A DNA stretch of 64,000 nt from IMG/VR virus record IMGVR_UViG_3300042309_002320, positions 1 to 64,000 of that record. One strand, given 5' to 3'. Of this stretch, positions 49,316 through 60,900 are shown in pieces. The number at the start of each line of letters is the position of its first letter. The first letter of the stretch is position 1. Under the pieces are notes generated by a model. That model saw nothing but the letters and a program-made list of their open reading frames with translations, was not told the DNA's origin and did no database searches. A program made the position numbers and the translations under genes. This DNA comes from a virus.

Positions 49316-52300
49316 ACTTTAGTTGCCGATAATGTCCATTTTCCATTAATAAATATAAAAATACCTTTACTTCCAGCAGAGGCCGATAGTTCCAAAGGAT
49401 TATCAAAATTTACTACAAGTAAAGGAACTGATGCTGATCTTCGTCCTTGAATATGATGCAGCCTAACGCTTGCAGAATTTCCAGACCCTATTGTTCCTAT
49501 AGCCATTACTGATGGTTTGCTCAAAGGTTCATAAAATCCACTTAATCTATCGTATCTACACAACAGTTTAGTTCCTTTTGGAGCAGTATATCCTGTTTTG
49601 TCTACTACATATACTAATCTTCTATATCCATTTTGCAATGGTTCTTTATTATATTCTATATCATCTATAAATGCTCTAGTAGAATATGTGCTATCATAAT
49701 CGTCTTCTTTAATCATATCGCTTTCTAGTGTTACATAAACATTCCTATACGGACATTTATTATCTGTTTTATTTGCTAAAAATTCTTGTAAAGAGGCTTG
49801 ATCTGTTTTATTAGTAACTATAAATGGTGGCAAAATTTCTTCTTTGCATCCTCCTCCACTAGCGTCCCACACTCTTCTTTGCGAATCCCATCTTAAATCT
49901 ATTGGGCCAACAGGCCATAAGTCTGGTTTTTGAGCCCAATTACGATAAAAATATTTGGATTTAGTACTTTTTTTAGTCCATTTACCAGTTCCTTCGCCGA
50001 TCCCTGTTCCCGAGCCAGACCATGTATATGCTTGTGTGATAATATCGCCTAAAGGAGTTATTCCATATTGTGATGATGATGGGAGTAATGCTCCGGGTGC
50101 TTCTAAATTATTTTTACCAAAATTTTTATCACCAGTTGTATCAACCAGTCTGAATCTTAAAACTAGACCATTATCATCAATATGATATGGCATATCATGA
50201 GCGTTCGGCGCAGGATATCCTTCTGTATCAAATCCCCAAGAGTGTAGCATTAGCGGTCCTCGCAAAGCCATAAATCTTTGATTATTTAGTATAAATACAT
50301 TATCTGTTGCTTGTTTATCCATATCATATCTATAATAGTCTTTATTAATATTATCTTTTCTAATATTATTATAGAGCACAAAATTATTACCATTCGTTTG
50401 AGGATTGTCTCCTCTGCCAATAGCCATTATGGAGTGTCTACAAATATCATCTGGTAAAGCATAAGGATTCCTAAATTCGCCACTTGGTACCACTATGGGA
50501 TTTAAACTATATAAATTAACATCTGGTAATGATGTTTTTTTAGTTGGGTCTTTATCATTCTTTTTGATATCTAATTTAGCCTTGGAGCATACGGAGCATG
50601 GTATTCTTAAAGGCGTAGACAATTCTGTACCATCTAAATTATAGATTAAGGTCTCTCTAGTATTAAGACACTTAGGACATGCTAAATCATATGTAAAATT
50701 ATTATAAGATAGTTTTAAGTTTTGTTCACCACCAAAAAATGTTCCACTACCACTAACCAAAGTACTTAAAGGATAGGTTCCATTTTGTTTAGTTGGATAA
50801 AAAGAAACAGGTGACAATATTCCATCAAGACTCATAGCGGATTTAGAAGAATAGTCTTCAAATAATTCTGATCCAATTTCATCTCCAGTAATAATACCTG
50901 CCCAATGATGATTTCGTATACTATAATAAACGCCAGAATAAAAAGCTTTATTTTGATCAGTACCATATGATGCATAATCCGAATATCTTAATGATTGTTC
51001 TCCATTATTATTTGTTATATTCCAAGCATCCGTAAATTTAACTCTATCTAAATGTTGTTGAGCTTGACTGATAATTAACTCAACCGGACTTGTGCCGTAA
51101 AATCTAGTACGTCTATCATCAACCTTGTAAGCTTCTCTTGAAGATCTTGCTTTAGCTAATATATCAAGTCTTTCTAGTAGAGCTTTATTTGATAATCTTT
51201 TATTGATTGTGTTAATTTGTTGATTAATTTTACTAATATTATTATTTAGTGTTCTTGCTTTATCTGTTAATTCTTTATTAAATAATCCTGTTTTAGGATT
51301 ATATGTTTGAAAACTATAACTAGTTTTTATACCATCGTTGGAGGTTTGAATACTAATATTACTAATAACCGGAAATCCATAATCATTAGAACTATTAACT
51401 ACTATACTAGTATATCTTAAAGTAGAATTTAGATTAGCATCATAAAATATAGAATTTTTTGAAGATATACCATATAATGTATTGTCAAAAGTAGAATTTC
51501 TATTTACTCCTAATATATTAGGATTGAATGATCCGCCTATACCAAATATTGGTGGACCAACTATTGAGACTCTTCCGTTCTCAAGAACAGACTGATAGTT
51601 AACATCATATGCTATATTAAAATTAACAACATTTTCTAAAAATCTTATACCTCCATATTTCCATGGAACATAGTCGCTATTTTGTTCTACTTTAATATTT
51701 CCAAATAAATTATCAGATATATTAGGATTAAGCATAATCGAAGGATCATTGGCCCATGGGCCGTAAACTCTATTGTTGCTCTTTATTGGTATGCCAGCAA
51801 AAAGTGGGGTTGCCATCCTTGGTTTAATAACATCATGTTTGGTTGCTTGATTGCTAGAGGCCCCTTTGACAACTATAAAATCTTGACTGATTACAGGTAA
51901 TCTATATTGTTCTAAATAATCTATATAAAAACGAAATTCTTGCATTTCTTCTTCTGAATATTCATATCTATTTTGATTTTTCTTTGATTTACCCTTTTCT
52001 TTTGGCTCTCTTTCTTCAGCATCGTCCGCTTCTTTCTTGGCCTGTTTAACAATACCAAGATTAGCTAATATAGCTAAATCTTCTTCGGCAACATTAGCAA
52101 TCACAGTTAATGATGGATCAGCAGTATAGCTATTACTTATGCTCATAACCTCTATACCTGGACTCTCAACAATAGCTCTACAGTCTGTAAGATTAATAGG
52201 ATTAAGAAATACTAATTGCGAACATTGTGCAGAAATATATAACTTTGCTCCTGGAACAAATCGATCATAAGGATCATAGTTATTATTTTTTCTAATTAAA

Positions 52301-52581
52301 ATAAAATCTTCATCTGTTAATGTATTAATATTTACAGACGGTTGTAGTAATGGACAAAAACTATCCTCTTCATCTTCACTAACTGGTATAACTACATTAT
52401 TATCAATTCTTTGACCAGTATCTGCTGTCGATGTTTTTTCCCAAGCCTGAATCCTACTCTTATCTGCGTCACTAACTCTATCTTCCTTCAGTGCTGTTAC
52501 TAATTCATCTTTAGCTTCCTGTAGTTCTTTTTCAGCTTTACTAAGTTCTTCTTTTAATTCTGCTATAGTTTGTTCTGCCAT
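49312..52581 (-). CDS. Large putative tail/baseplate protein (1089 aa)
   Basis: Long ORF in the structural operon; N-terminal coiled coil, CPKC...CSVC and GPIDLRWD. Confidence 0.65.
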   Translation of the reverse strand: MAEQTIAELKEELSKAEKELQEAKDELVTALKEDRVSDADKSRIQAWEKTSTADTGQRIDNNVVIPVSEDEEDSFCPLLQPSVNINTLTDEDFILIRKNNNYDPYDRFVPGAKLYISAQCSQLVFLNPINLTDCRAIVESPGIEVMSISNSYTADPSLTVIANVAEEDLAILANLGIVKQAKKEADDAEEREPKEKGKSKKNQNRYEYSEEEMQEFRFYIDYLEQYRLPVISQDFIVVKGASSNQATKHDVIKPRMATPLFAGIPIKSNNRVYGPWANDPSIMLNPNISDNLFGNIKVEQNSDYVPWKYGGIRFLENVVNFNIAYDVNYQSVLENGRVSIVGPPIFGIGGSFNPNILGVNRNSTFDNTLYGISSKNSIFYDANLNSTLRYTSIVVNSSNDYGFPVISNISIQTSNDGIKTSYSFQTYNPKTGLFNKELTDKARTLNNNISKINQQINTINKRLSNKALLERLDILAKARSSREAYKVDDRRTRFYGTSPVELIISQAQQHLDRVKFTDAWNITNNNGEQSLRYSDYASYGTDQNKAFYSGVYYSIRNHHWAGIITGDEIGSELFEDYSSKSAMSLDGILSPVSFYPTKQNGTYPLSTLVSGSGTFFGGEQNLKLSYNNFTYDLACPKCLNTRETLIYNLDGTELSTPLRIPCSVCSKAKLDIKKNDKDPTKKTSLPDVNLYSLNPIVVPSGEFRNPYALPDDICRHSIMAIGRGDNPQTNGNNFVLYNNIRKDNINKDYYRYDMDKQATDNVFILNNQRFMALRGPLMLHSWGFDTEGYPAPNAHDMPYHIDDNGLVLRFRLVDTTGDKNFGKNNLEAPGALLPSSSQYGITPLGDIITQAYTWSGSGTGIGEGTGKWTKKSTKSKYFYRNWAQKPDLWPVGPIDLRWDSQRRVWDASGGGCKEEILPPFIVTNKTDQASLQEFLANKTDNKCPYRNVYVTLESDMIKEDDYDSTYSTRAFIDDIEYNKEPLQNGYRRLVYVVDKTGYTAPKGTKLLCRYDRLSGFYEPLSKPSVMAIGTIGSGNSASVRLHHIQGRRSASVPLLVVNFDNPLELSASAGSKGIFIFINGKWTLSATKV

Positions 52582-52586
52582 AGTTA

Positions 52587-55500
52587 TTATTCTTTTGGTT
52601 TTTTAGCATCTTCTGGTTTTGGTTGATTCTTTTTATTTATTGCATCATTTAAAGAACGAATTTTATATTTAAGATTATCAATTTTTCCTTGTAAATCACG
52701 AACTGTTGGATCTGATGCATAATTACTTCTATCGATAGCATTAGTTTTGGTGCGTTTTGTTATGATTGCTTTTTTTGTATTATTATCTAATTTAGCCCAC
52801 GAACACGTAACATCATCAATATTTGGACTAACATTGTATCCTAGAATAGGTCCCAACAAACCATCATCATTTCTAAGGGCGTGCCAATAATTATCGCCAA
52901 AAACAAAACTATCATCAATATAATTGCCTGGCTCTTCCCAGCCACCATCCGCTATTTCAAAATTATATCTTATATTTTGACTACCATGATAAACAAAAAA
53001 TGATGACGTTGTGCCAGGAATAGCTATATCTATATAAGCTGTATCTTTATAAGCATATACGTCTGGCATTTTAACCATATATTGTTTACCATAGTATTTA
53101 CTAGCTATAGTTTGAATAAAACCATGAATAAGTTGTAAATCTTTAATAAAATTATGATTAAGATATAAATCCCAATTCATTTGCATTTTAGAATGCAAAG
53201 CATTTCTTGGCTCGGCCATATGCCCATCTTCTGCTATACTAGGACTAGATAAGTTAGTACCAGCTCCTCCCATACCACCACCCAGATTAACTGTGGATAT
53301 TGGCTCACCAGGCAATGGTGGCGGTTTTGCTTCCAAAAAGATATTTTTAGCCTTATAAGCATTTACTAACATAACAAAAAGATCAGGCTTACTAAAATAA
53401 GATTTACCTAAACAATATGTCAAATATTCATCAAATCCAGAGCATCTTAACTCTGTTTCTTTAATTGTAAATCCAGCGGATTTATATTCAAGAGTTCTTA
53501 CAACATTTCTATCACTTTCTGCTGCTGGAGTTGAACTACTGTCTGATGATCCGGAACCATCGTCTGATGATCCGGAACCATCGTCTGATGATCCGGAACC
53601 ATCGTCTGATGATTGTTCTTGTTGGGCATCAGCAGCATCTTCGTCTCTCTTTTGAGCATTCGGATTATTATTATCTTCTCCTCTATTATTCCATCCTGGC
53701 TCTTCATCACTCATTTTTGGTCTTTCAAGCTCCGGAGAATCAGTAGACGGACTTGTTTCTTCACCCTGTTCTTCCTCGTCCTCTTGCGCAATAAAAAGCG
53801 GTGTAAAAGTTATTATATTTTGGGCAGATTGTTCCGAAGATGGTGATGGAGGGGGCGGAGGAGGCGGAGACGACCCACGGTTATTTACAGATACTCCTAT
53901 CTCAGGAATAGCAGTGGAGCTACCTTGAAAACCTACTCCAGATAATTTATCCGGAGCCCCGCTTCCTTCGCTATCACTATTTGATCCATTCGGTGGACTA
54001 TTCTCTGTTTCTTTTTGTTCTTCTTCTGTTCCTCCTTCACTATCGTCATTTTTTTTCTCATCATCTGATGCATCGTCGGTTTCACCGCTAGCATCTTCTG
54101 ATTTTGGTGTTGAAGAAGTTTTTTCATTGTCACTAGTAGAAGCTACGCTTCCATCGTACATAGACAATGGTTCGCCTATTGATAATGATGGTAATTCATT
54201 AAGGTCAAAAGCAATAGTAATCTGATTTGTCCAAGTATCTAAATATACTGGTCTGACAAATCTAAAAATATTAGAATCAGAAGTTGATCCGTATGTAACG
54301 TCTAGTTTTGTGCCAAAGTATGGACAAATAACATCTCTGAATAATGGTATAAATCTTGTGCCAGGATTATTACGAAATATTCTTGTTAAAAAATAATTAC
54401 CACCTATTACGCTTTCTGGTCTACCTATTTCGGCATCTCCCCAATAAGGATCAATAGTTATATTATTTATTTTATTTGATCTTAGAAATGGATTTCTAAT
54501 TTTTGATATTGATCGTCTATTATTAATAAATCTTTTAACTATAGGATTCCATATATAATTATTTTGTGCATAAGCTAATCTGTAGGTTTTTGCTTGATAA
54601 AATCTTTGTTGATTGCCTCCAAAAACTACTTTTCTAATACTATTCTGATTTGTCTCTTGTCCAAATGAGCTATTTTCAACATTAAATCCAGATGTTTCTA
54701 AATTCGATACAACTGCTGGAATCTGATATGTTGGATTATATTGAGTTCTATTAACAGTAACAACTTTAATAATAAATTCTATACCACCATTAGCTTTAAC
54801 CGGCACAACAACTGTTAAAAAATCTAATCCAGTATCTTCTACAATCGTTGATATAAATTCTGATAGGCTTTTATCTGGACTACCAGATATTCTGTAGTCA
54901 TAGGGAGGAGTGGGTAAACTACTTAAATCAAGAGAAAAAGAGTTATATGGTAATGATGTAAATCCTCTTCCAGGGCCAGCAGCAGTTATTACGCCAAAAG
55001 TATTCATTGTTGTTAAATGTGGTTCATTAACACCATTATAATTAATACCAACTCTTCTAATACTTTTTGATAAAATTCTACCAAATGGAGAATATGATCC
55101 ATCCTCGTCTCTGGCTCCTCCATCAACATTAGCGGTTAATGCATGTATACTATCTATAATAGCTTTGGCACTAATCCCATTTTCATTTAATGCAGCACCA
55201 CCGAATCTGTTATATCCCATGCTTTCTAAAAATCCATAAACATTAAAAATATTAGCAATATTACCTTGAGATAATCTAGCATTTTTTGCACTAGTTACGG
55301 CCCCATCAAAATCTTGTAAGATTATTTTAGAATTATCCAATAAACTATCGAAAGATTCTATTTGTACGCTATATGTTACTCCTCCTGGTCTATTATTTCT
55401 TTCCCAACTTCTTACTAATCCTATAAATTCAAAATTATCAAATTTAAAATATACTGGAGTATCAATAATATCATAAATATTAATTGGTCCATTTCTATTA

Positions 55501-55901
55501 ACTGTTCCGTCCGGCTGCACATAAGTTCCTGTTGCAAAAAAACCAGGATCCTCATAAACCCAATAACTAGAAACAAAAGCGTTTCCAACCCATCTATAAA
55601 AAATCTTTCCGGGAGCATTTTTTTCTTTTTTTGTTAAGCTTGAACTATATGGATTACCAAATTCATCAACATAACAATCATCTCCTATGCAGTTATAGTA
55701 ATGATTTAATGGATAACTATTGGCATTATAATGAGGAATATTAGCAAAAATATTTGGTTGAAAATCTTCTATTAATTCTACTGTTAACGAACTAGCTTTT
55801 CCTCCCCATCCAACATTACTACTAAAAGATACTACACTAGCACCTAAGAATAAAGTCTGTGCCAAAACATTTTCTTTATAATTCTGACAATTAATCGGCA
55901 T
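52587..55901 (-). CDS. Large putative tail-hub/baseplate protein (1104 aa) with acidic disordered insert
   Basis: Beta-rich N-terminus (SSLTVELIED; FEFIGLVRSWE...YSVQIES) resembling hub proteins. Confidence 0.6.
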   Translation of the reverse strand: MPINCQNYKENVLAQTLFLGASVVSFSSNVGWGGKASSLTVELIEDFQPNIFANIPHYNANSYPLNHYYNCIGDDCYVDEFGNPYSSSLTKKEKNAPGKIFYRWVGNAFVSSYWVYEDPGFFATGTYVQPDGTVNRNGPINIYDIIDTPVYFKFDNFEFIGLVRSWERNNRPGGVTYSVQIESFDSLLDNSKIILQDFDGAVTSAKNARLSQGNIANIFNVYGFLESMGYNRFGGAALNENGISAKAIIDSIHALTANVDGGARDEDGSYSPFGRILSKSIRRVGINYNGVNEPHLTTMNTFGVITAAGPGRGFTSLPYNSFSLDLSSLPTPPYDYRISGSPDKSLSEFISTIVEDTGLDFLTVVVPVKANGGIEFIIKVVTVNRTQYNPTYQIPAVVSNLETSGFNVENSSFGQETNQNSIRKVVFGGNQQRFYQAKTYRLAYAQNNYIWNPIVKRFINNRRSISKIRNPFLRSNKINNITIDPYWGDAEIGRPESVIGGNYFLTRIFRNNPGTRFIPLFRDVICPYFGTKLDVTYGSTSDSNIFRFVRPVYLDTWTNQITIAFDLNELPSLSIGEPLSMYDGSVASTSDNEKTSSTPKSEDASGETDDASDDEKKNDDSEGGTEEEQKETENSPPNGSNSDSEGSGAPDKLSGVGFQGSSTAIPEIGVSVNNRGSSPPPPPPPSPSSEQSAQNIITFTPLFIAQEDEEEQGEETSPSTDSPELERPKMSDEEPGWNNRGEDNNNPNAQKRDEDAADAQQEQSSDDGSGSSDDGSGSSDDGSGSSDSSSTPAAESDRNVVRTLEYKSAGFTIKETELRCSGFDEYLTYCLGKSYFSKPDLFVMLVNAYKAKNIFLEAKPPPLPGEPISTVNLGGGMGGAGTNLSSPSIAEDGHMAEPRNALHSKMQMNWDLYLNHNFIKDLQLIHGFIQTIASKYYGKQYMVKMPDVYAYKDTAYIDIAIPGTTSSFFVYHGSQNIRYNFEIADGGWEEPGNYIDDSFVFGDNYWHALRNDDGLLGPILGYNVSPNIDDVTCSWAKLDNNTKKAIITKRTKTNAIDRSNYASDPTVRDLQGKIDNLKYKIRSLNDAINKKNQPKPEDAKKPKE
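53541..53613 (-). repeat. 21-nt perfect tandem repeat x3.5 encoding SSDDGSG
   Basis: GTCTGATGATCCGGAACCATC three times plus a partial copy on the + strand. Confidence 0.95.
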
Positions 55902-55912
55902 AATATTTCCTA

Positions 55913-57892
55913 CTAATGATCTCTATAACTTTGTCCTATATTACATTGTTGGTATACCCAACTGATACTACGAGAATATCGTCCAGAATTTGGGTTCCAA
56001 TTTTCATTATCACTGGATATATACACCAAACCTAAAGTTTGTAATGGCTCATTAAATAATGGACTAGAAGAATACGGCCTATGAGCCTCAATAACTTGCT
56101 CAATAGCCTTAAATAAATAGTTATTATAATGTAATGGACATTTTGGATTATTCAATGATATCTCATCAACTGATGATGCCGGAGGTATGGCTATTTCTAT
56201 ATTAATTGTCTTTTTGGGGGTAGTTCTTCCGGTTCTTTGTATAATTGGTCCTAATGCTCTGCCAATAACAAAAGTTTCTGCTGTACTATCCACAGGATTA
56301 TCGTATGATACGGTAATATTTTCACTAATAACACCAGGAATCAATAGTTGTTTATTATTAAACTCATAACTATAATTAATTGTGCCTTTTTTTGGATCAA
56401 AAGATTCACTAGTAGACACAGGAACAGCACTCAATAAATTTTCTGTACTAAATATAGGATTATTTGGTAATGATGGCGGGTCGGTAACATAAGCTGGAAT
56501 ATAAGGAACTTTTCTATCGGAACTATTTATTCCAAGACTAGCTCTTCTATATAGATAAGGCTTAATATGATTTGTCCATGCGTTTAACGCATTTTCTATT
56601 TTTGTACTTTTAATATTTTGGCTAGGTGGATATTGAGGTGGTATTGGAAAAGCGGATGAGGCCGTGTCTGTGCTATTATAGGCTTGTGTATTAGTTTTAT
56701 CCAACATATTATTCGCATAAGATAAATCCAATTTTGCATCTATAAGCCCATCATTGCCTATGCCTGTTGGAAGAACGCCACTTTCATGTTCCATTATATC
56801 TTGGTTTACGATAGCTAATCCTTCTATATTACCAGCAACTCTTACTGTTTTAACATAATCTTCTCCAGTTGAACATTCTATAGTATATGTTTCAGTATAT
56901 GGGATACCGCTAGGCATAGCTAACCATGTATCATTAGCTTCATACGTTCCATTAAAAATATCCATATTTATTGTTCTGTTATGATTAAAAGCAAATAAAT
57001 TTTGCTCAAATGGTATTTTTATATATGGCGAGCTATTTGTTGTGCTTCCACTAAATGTATTTTTTGACATTTTTTCTACCCAAGCTTTGGCGAGAACATA
57101 CGGCTTGGTATTTTCGTCAAGCAAACCAGTAGCACAAATTTGATTTTTAGGGGGCAGTATACCTTTTGCAGATAATCTTCTTGTGATTCTAAATTGTGGA
57201 ATATTAACAATATTTAGTCCATTTGATAATGGCAATCCTAGATTAATAGGATTATTATCATTAAATAAACCAAGATTAGGATTATGAAACTCTGGCCTCA
57301 TTGATGGAGAAAAAGAAACATTGGTATATGATACATCATCCAGTGGCTCAACACTCCAACTATCAGACCTATCCGTTACATATTTTTCTATAACATTATT
57401 TGGATCTTCTATTAGACTAGAATTTGTTTCTAGAGCTATAGTATAGTCTGCGCTTTGAACCCAATTATCGGCCGTATTACTAAATGACATATCCCTGACA
57501 GATAATCCACTAATTTCATAAAGTATATTATCTTCACATTTAAATTTTAATGTTCCATATGGACAACTAGTAAATAGTTGTTTTAATCCACTAACTCCGG
57601 CTATGATTCCACTAAATCCTGGAAATGCTTTATCAACATCAACATTAGAAATATTACCTTCAGGAAATCTAAAAATTTTACCATTAAGATTTATGGATGT
57701 GACAAGAGTTTCTGGTAAATTATTATTATTAGCATTTATACTATAGCTGATATCAACAACTGGTACAGGTCCGGTGATGCTATGGATTGGTATATTGTTA
57801 TATTCTATAATAATTTTAGGATTATTATTAATAGATTGTATCTGATTTAATTCTTCAGAATTTATTCCATTTATATTTAATTGATTAAACAT
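55913..57892 (-). CDS. Putative structural (tail) protein (659 aa)
   Basis: Beta-rich ORF in the structural operon; GTINYSYEF and W.P.SGRYSR..SW motifs. Confidence 0.6.
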   Translation of the reverse strand: MFNQLNINGINSEELNQIQSINNNPKIIIEYNNIPIHSITGPVPVVDISYSINANNNNLPETLVTSINLNGKIFRFPEGNISNVDVDKAFPGFSGIIAGVSGLKQLFTSCPYGTLKFKCEDNILYEISGLSVRDMSFSNTADNWVQSADYTIALETNSSLIEDPNNVIEKYVTDRSDSWSVEPLDDVSYTNVSFSPSMRPEFHNPNLGLFNDNNPINLGLPLSNGLNIVNIPQFRITRRLSAKGILPPKNQICATGLLDENTKPYVLAKAWVEKMSKNTFSGSTTNSSPYIKIPFEQNLFAFNHNRTINMDIFNGTYEANDTWLAMPSGIPYTETYTIECSTGEDYVKTVRVAGNIEGLAIVNQDIMEHESGVLPTGIGNDGLIDAKLDLSYANNMLDKTNTQAYNSTDTASSAFPIPPQYPPSQNIKSTKIENALNAWTNHIKPYLYRRASLGINSSDRKVPYIPAYVTDPPSLPNNPIFSTENLLSAVPVSTSESFDPKKGTINYSYEFNNKQLLIPGVISENITVSYDNPVDSTAETFVIGRALGPIIQRTGRTTPKKTINIEIAIPPASSVDEISLNNPKCPLHYNNYLFKAIEQVIEAHRPYSSSPLFNEPLQTLGLVYISSDNENWNPNSGRYSRSISWVYQQCNIGQSYRDH

Positions 57893-57907
57893 AAAATATG
57901 TCCATTA

Positions 57908-60900
57908 TTAAATTGTTGGTACGCAAGTAGTACTTATATATGTACCTTGTACAGCTGGGTGGCACGGATATATCAATTCATTTGGTTGAGAGCACGAATA
58001 TCCTTGGTTACAAACACTTTGATATAAGACCCATCTATATGCAGTATAAGGAGATGGAAGAGATTCTAAAACAACAGCTACTTCAGAATCATTAGTGCTT
58101 GATAATCCCCCATAAACATCACAATAATAGTAACATTCCCCAGCATTCACGGGTGGAGGTGGGGGTGGTGGCGGAGGCGGCGGCGGAGGCGACGATGGCT
58201 CATTACATCTACTACAATACGATCCACTAGGACCATATACATATAATTCTACAACATGTGTTACATTAGCCCTTAATGGAGTTAAGGCACAATTAGGAGC
58301 ACAATTACCACAATCATTATAGTGGCAAGTCATATGAGTAATTGTAACAGAGGAGCTTAATGGTAAAGAACTACTGGAGGCGGTGTTTAGTGAATCTTTA
58401 GGTAATTGACCTGTCCACGTTACAGCCACCGGGCCTGAACCACATCCAGCATCTTGATAGTATATTTGGTTAAGAGGTTTGATAAATAATATAGCATTTT
58501 GATTGCTTTGTAATATACCTTTTAGCGAAACTGTTATAGATCCATTTGCATTAGTTACACAATTAAATATACTCAATGGTCCTGTTGCCAATCCTCTTGT
58601 TGGGGTCGGAGTTGGAGCAGGAGTTCTTGTCGGTGTTACAGGATTAGATGATCCGCATGGTCCTGCTAGTACTATACCATTTCCAGAACTATATCGAGGT
58701 ATATATAATGAGCCAGTAGTCTGATCGACATCTAAATGTCCAAGATATTGAGGACCTATTTTGTTAATAATAGATCTGTTCTGCTTAGTTTCTAAATTAA
58801 CGCCAACAACATAATTATCCGTTAAATTATTATTATAGGTTATATAATATCCTACTTTATTATTTTTATCTATCTTTAAGAAATTTTCCACGTTATAAGA
58901 GGATCCAAGAAGATCGTTAACTATAGATATGGTACTTAGTAAAGATGGATTTTGTTGATAATACGAAGTTGATTGATTTAATTCATAAATTCTAATAGAG
59001 CTTTGTGATCCGGCCTGTCTAGCATCAAATGAATATAATTTATTATTAAATATATATGGAGTAACTGATATCGATCCAGGAGAAAAATTATTTATGGTCG
59101 TAACTGCGTATGTCGAACCATCTATTATAAACAATGTATGCTCAGGAGAGGCTCCAACATGATTACTAACTACTACATAAATCTTATTATTATTTTCATC
59201 AACAGATACATTTCCATTGCCAAAAAGTTTATTTAACGAAATTGATGTTTCTATAGTATCTGTTGAGCAATTTATAGCTGTTAGGATTGCATTACTATTA
59301 GAATCATATCTCATAATAAAAATTTTATTAGTCACACTATTTATTGCTAAGGCTGATGGATGTATTTTGCTTTGCAAAGATATGGTATTAACTAATGAAT
59401 CTGTTGATCCATTTATTACCAGTACAGAGCCATTATTAGGTGTTCCATAATTTATAAGATAAAGTTTATTTAAAGACTCATTAATTATTAAATTACCGAA
59501 TTCAGCGCCTGCTGGTCCAGATATCGAGGATGTTATACTTTTAGTTATACTATTTACAACTCTAATTCTATCACTAATTACATCAACAAGATATAATTTT
59601 TTACTACTATTATTAAAGTAACAGCCATAAGCTTCTGTGGTTGGAAATAATACCTCTGTAGAATGAGTACATTGTGTTAAAGGTAATGGTGACGAAGATG
59701 GTGTTCTCGTCGGAGTTCTTGTTGGGGTAACAGACGGAACAACAGCGGCCACGGTTGATGTTGGAGTGACCGTTATTTGAGGAGTTCTAGTTAATGTTAT
59801 GCTTGGTGTTGGTGTGGGTGTTGGAACAACACATTCATAACCAGAACATCTTAGTGCTACTCTACCAGCATTATTGTATACAGTATCTACGACCCGTGTT
59901 CCTGCATTATTAATTTGCATAGTTTGAAATATATTCGCGCTACGAATATTATCGCTTAGTTTTTCTTTATATATCCAATTATTATTTACATATTCATATA
60001 TTATTATTCTTTCATTGATAATACTTATAGGATCTTTATGCATAATTGCTAAAATATTATTAGTTTCAGAAATTGCTGCTCTACCATCCTCATTTGTAGC
60101 AAAAATAGATGTGATGGGAGATCCCTTTAGGGTCCATTGATTATTTATTAGAGTATAAACTTCTACTCTACTTCGTCCGCTAGCCACGAATGTATCATTA
60201 CTTTTTGCGTCAATATACCATAGTATATTACCAGCTGATGGAGAAAAAGATGTACTTATTGTTGCCGATTTAACCCATGCATTATTAATCCAATCATAAA
60301 CTCTTACTATACCAGTAGTAATACCAATAAATAATCTACTACCATCAGGACTTAATTTAATATTCGGATAATATCCTACTAAATCAGTAGAATTTTCGCC
60401 AAATATTGAGAATCCTTTTTGTGTCCATGTTCCATTAATAAATTCGTATACTTTAATTTTACCAGCTGTTGCTTGTTCGGCCCCGGTGGAGCCAACATAG
60501 TCTGGACTACCAATAGCAATAGTATTACCGTCACTGCTCATACTTACAATAGAACCTAGACCCTCCCCAGTATTTATTCCTAATATATCTGAACCTTTTT
60601 TAGACCAAGATGTACCATTCCACATATATACAGTAACTTTTCCTTTATATTGTCCAACAGTAGAATATATACTTGTTGAATGTCTTGGTGTTCCTATCGC
60701 TACTGTGGTACCAGCAGTATCTGTATCTATAGAATCATTACCGCTAAATGCAGTAACAATCTCGGCATTATCTAATGTTATCCTACTAGCTCTTTCGATC
60801 CAGGCTGTATTGTTCCAATCATATACTACTACCGTATTAACAAATAATCCAGCTATTGTGGATCCGTTTCTACTTAAAGAATATGTTACTAATCCACGAT

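Noticed and set aside
53541-53613. CRISPR-like array (also considered for 8083-8226)
   Set aside because: The units are head-to-tail with no spacers and are in-frame multiples of 3 within CDSs. The Cas4-like gene is a stand-alone phage nuclease.
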